From: Sphyrna mokarran
Lineage: Eukaryota
NCBI GenBank assembly: GCA_024679065.1
Contig: JAGIQG010000011.1
Location: 71,920,001 to 71,984,000, forward strand
Direction: 5' to 3'
Length of the DNA: 64,000 nt
How positions within the stretch are numbered: the stretch's first letter is position 1; every line of letters starts with the position of its first letter. Shown here in pieces: positions 63,858 to 64,000 of this stretch. The notes below the pieces were generated by a model. The model was not told the DNA's origin. It was given only the letters and a program-made list of their open reading frames with translations, and ran no database searches. Position numbers and translations under genes: made by a program.

Positions 63858-64000
63858 AATATGGAGATGCTAGTGTTGGACTTGGGTAAGCACAATAAGA
63901 AGTCTCACAACATCAGGTTAAAGTTCAATAGATTTATTTGGCAGCACAAGCTTTCAGAGTCTCAGGTTCCTTCTTCAGGCAAATGAAGAGTTGTGGTCAC
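63858..64000 (-). mobile_element. Penelope pLTR/tail fragment (cut by window end) with hammerhead-like motif
   Basis: ATGGAGATGCTAGTGTTGGACTTGGG...AAGAAGTCTCACAACATCAGGTTAAAGTTCAATAGATTTATTTGG; minus strand CTGAAGA-A-GGAACCTGAGACTCT-GAAA-GCTT-GTG at about 63945-63981. Confidence 0.8.

Overview
Vertebrate, almost certainly cartilaginous-fish (shark) genomic DNA, judged by its V-domain/HE1-type and SacSINE1-type SINEs, CR1 and L2 LINEs and Penelope-like elements. The window holds the 5' end of ZEB2 (SIP1/ZFHX1B) on the minus strand. Non-coding exon 1 lies at about 26300-25923, intron 1 is about 2.4 kb, and coding exon 2 (CDS 23441-23369) encodes [24 protein letters not shown]. Intron 2 runs off the left end, and I did not find exon 3. 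The promoter sits in a CpG-rich, G/C-run-rich domain inside an apparently transposon-free stretch of about 17 kb. The upstream side (28.7-64 kb) is gene-free and TE-rich, with interspersed candidate conserved non-coding elements. No other protein-coding gene is supported: the remaining ORFs are TE remnants or noise. I cannot demonstrate a wholly new biological system. The most interesting leads are (i) short fold-back Penelope-derived elements carrying hammerhead-ribozyme motifs and 11-13 bp target-site duplications, (ii) a nested SINE/Penelope/CR1/SINE insertion, (iii) a multi-uORF ZEB2 leader whose reading depends on intron 1 splicing, and (iv) a cryptic decayed ~34-bp tandem array in intron 2. 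Comparisons with human ZEB2 and with repeat consensi are from memory and need alignment to confirm. TE boundaries are approximate.
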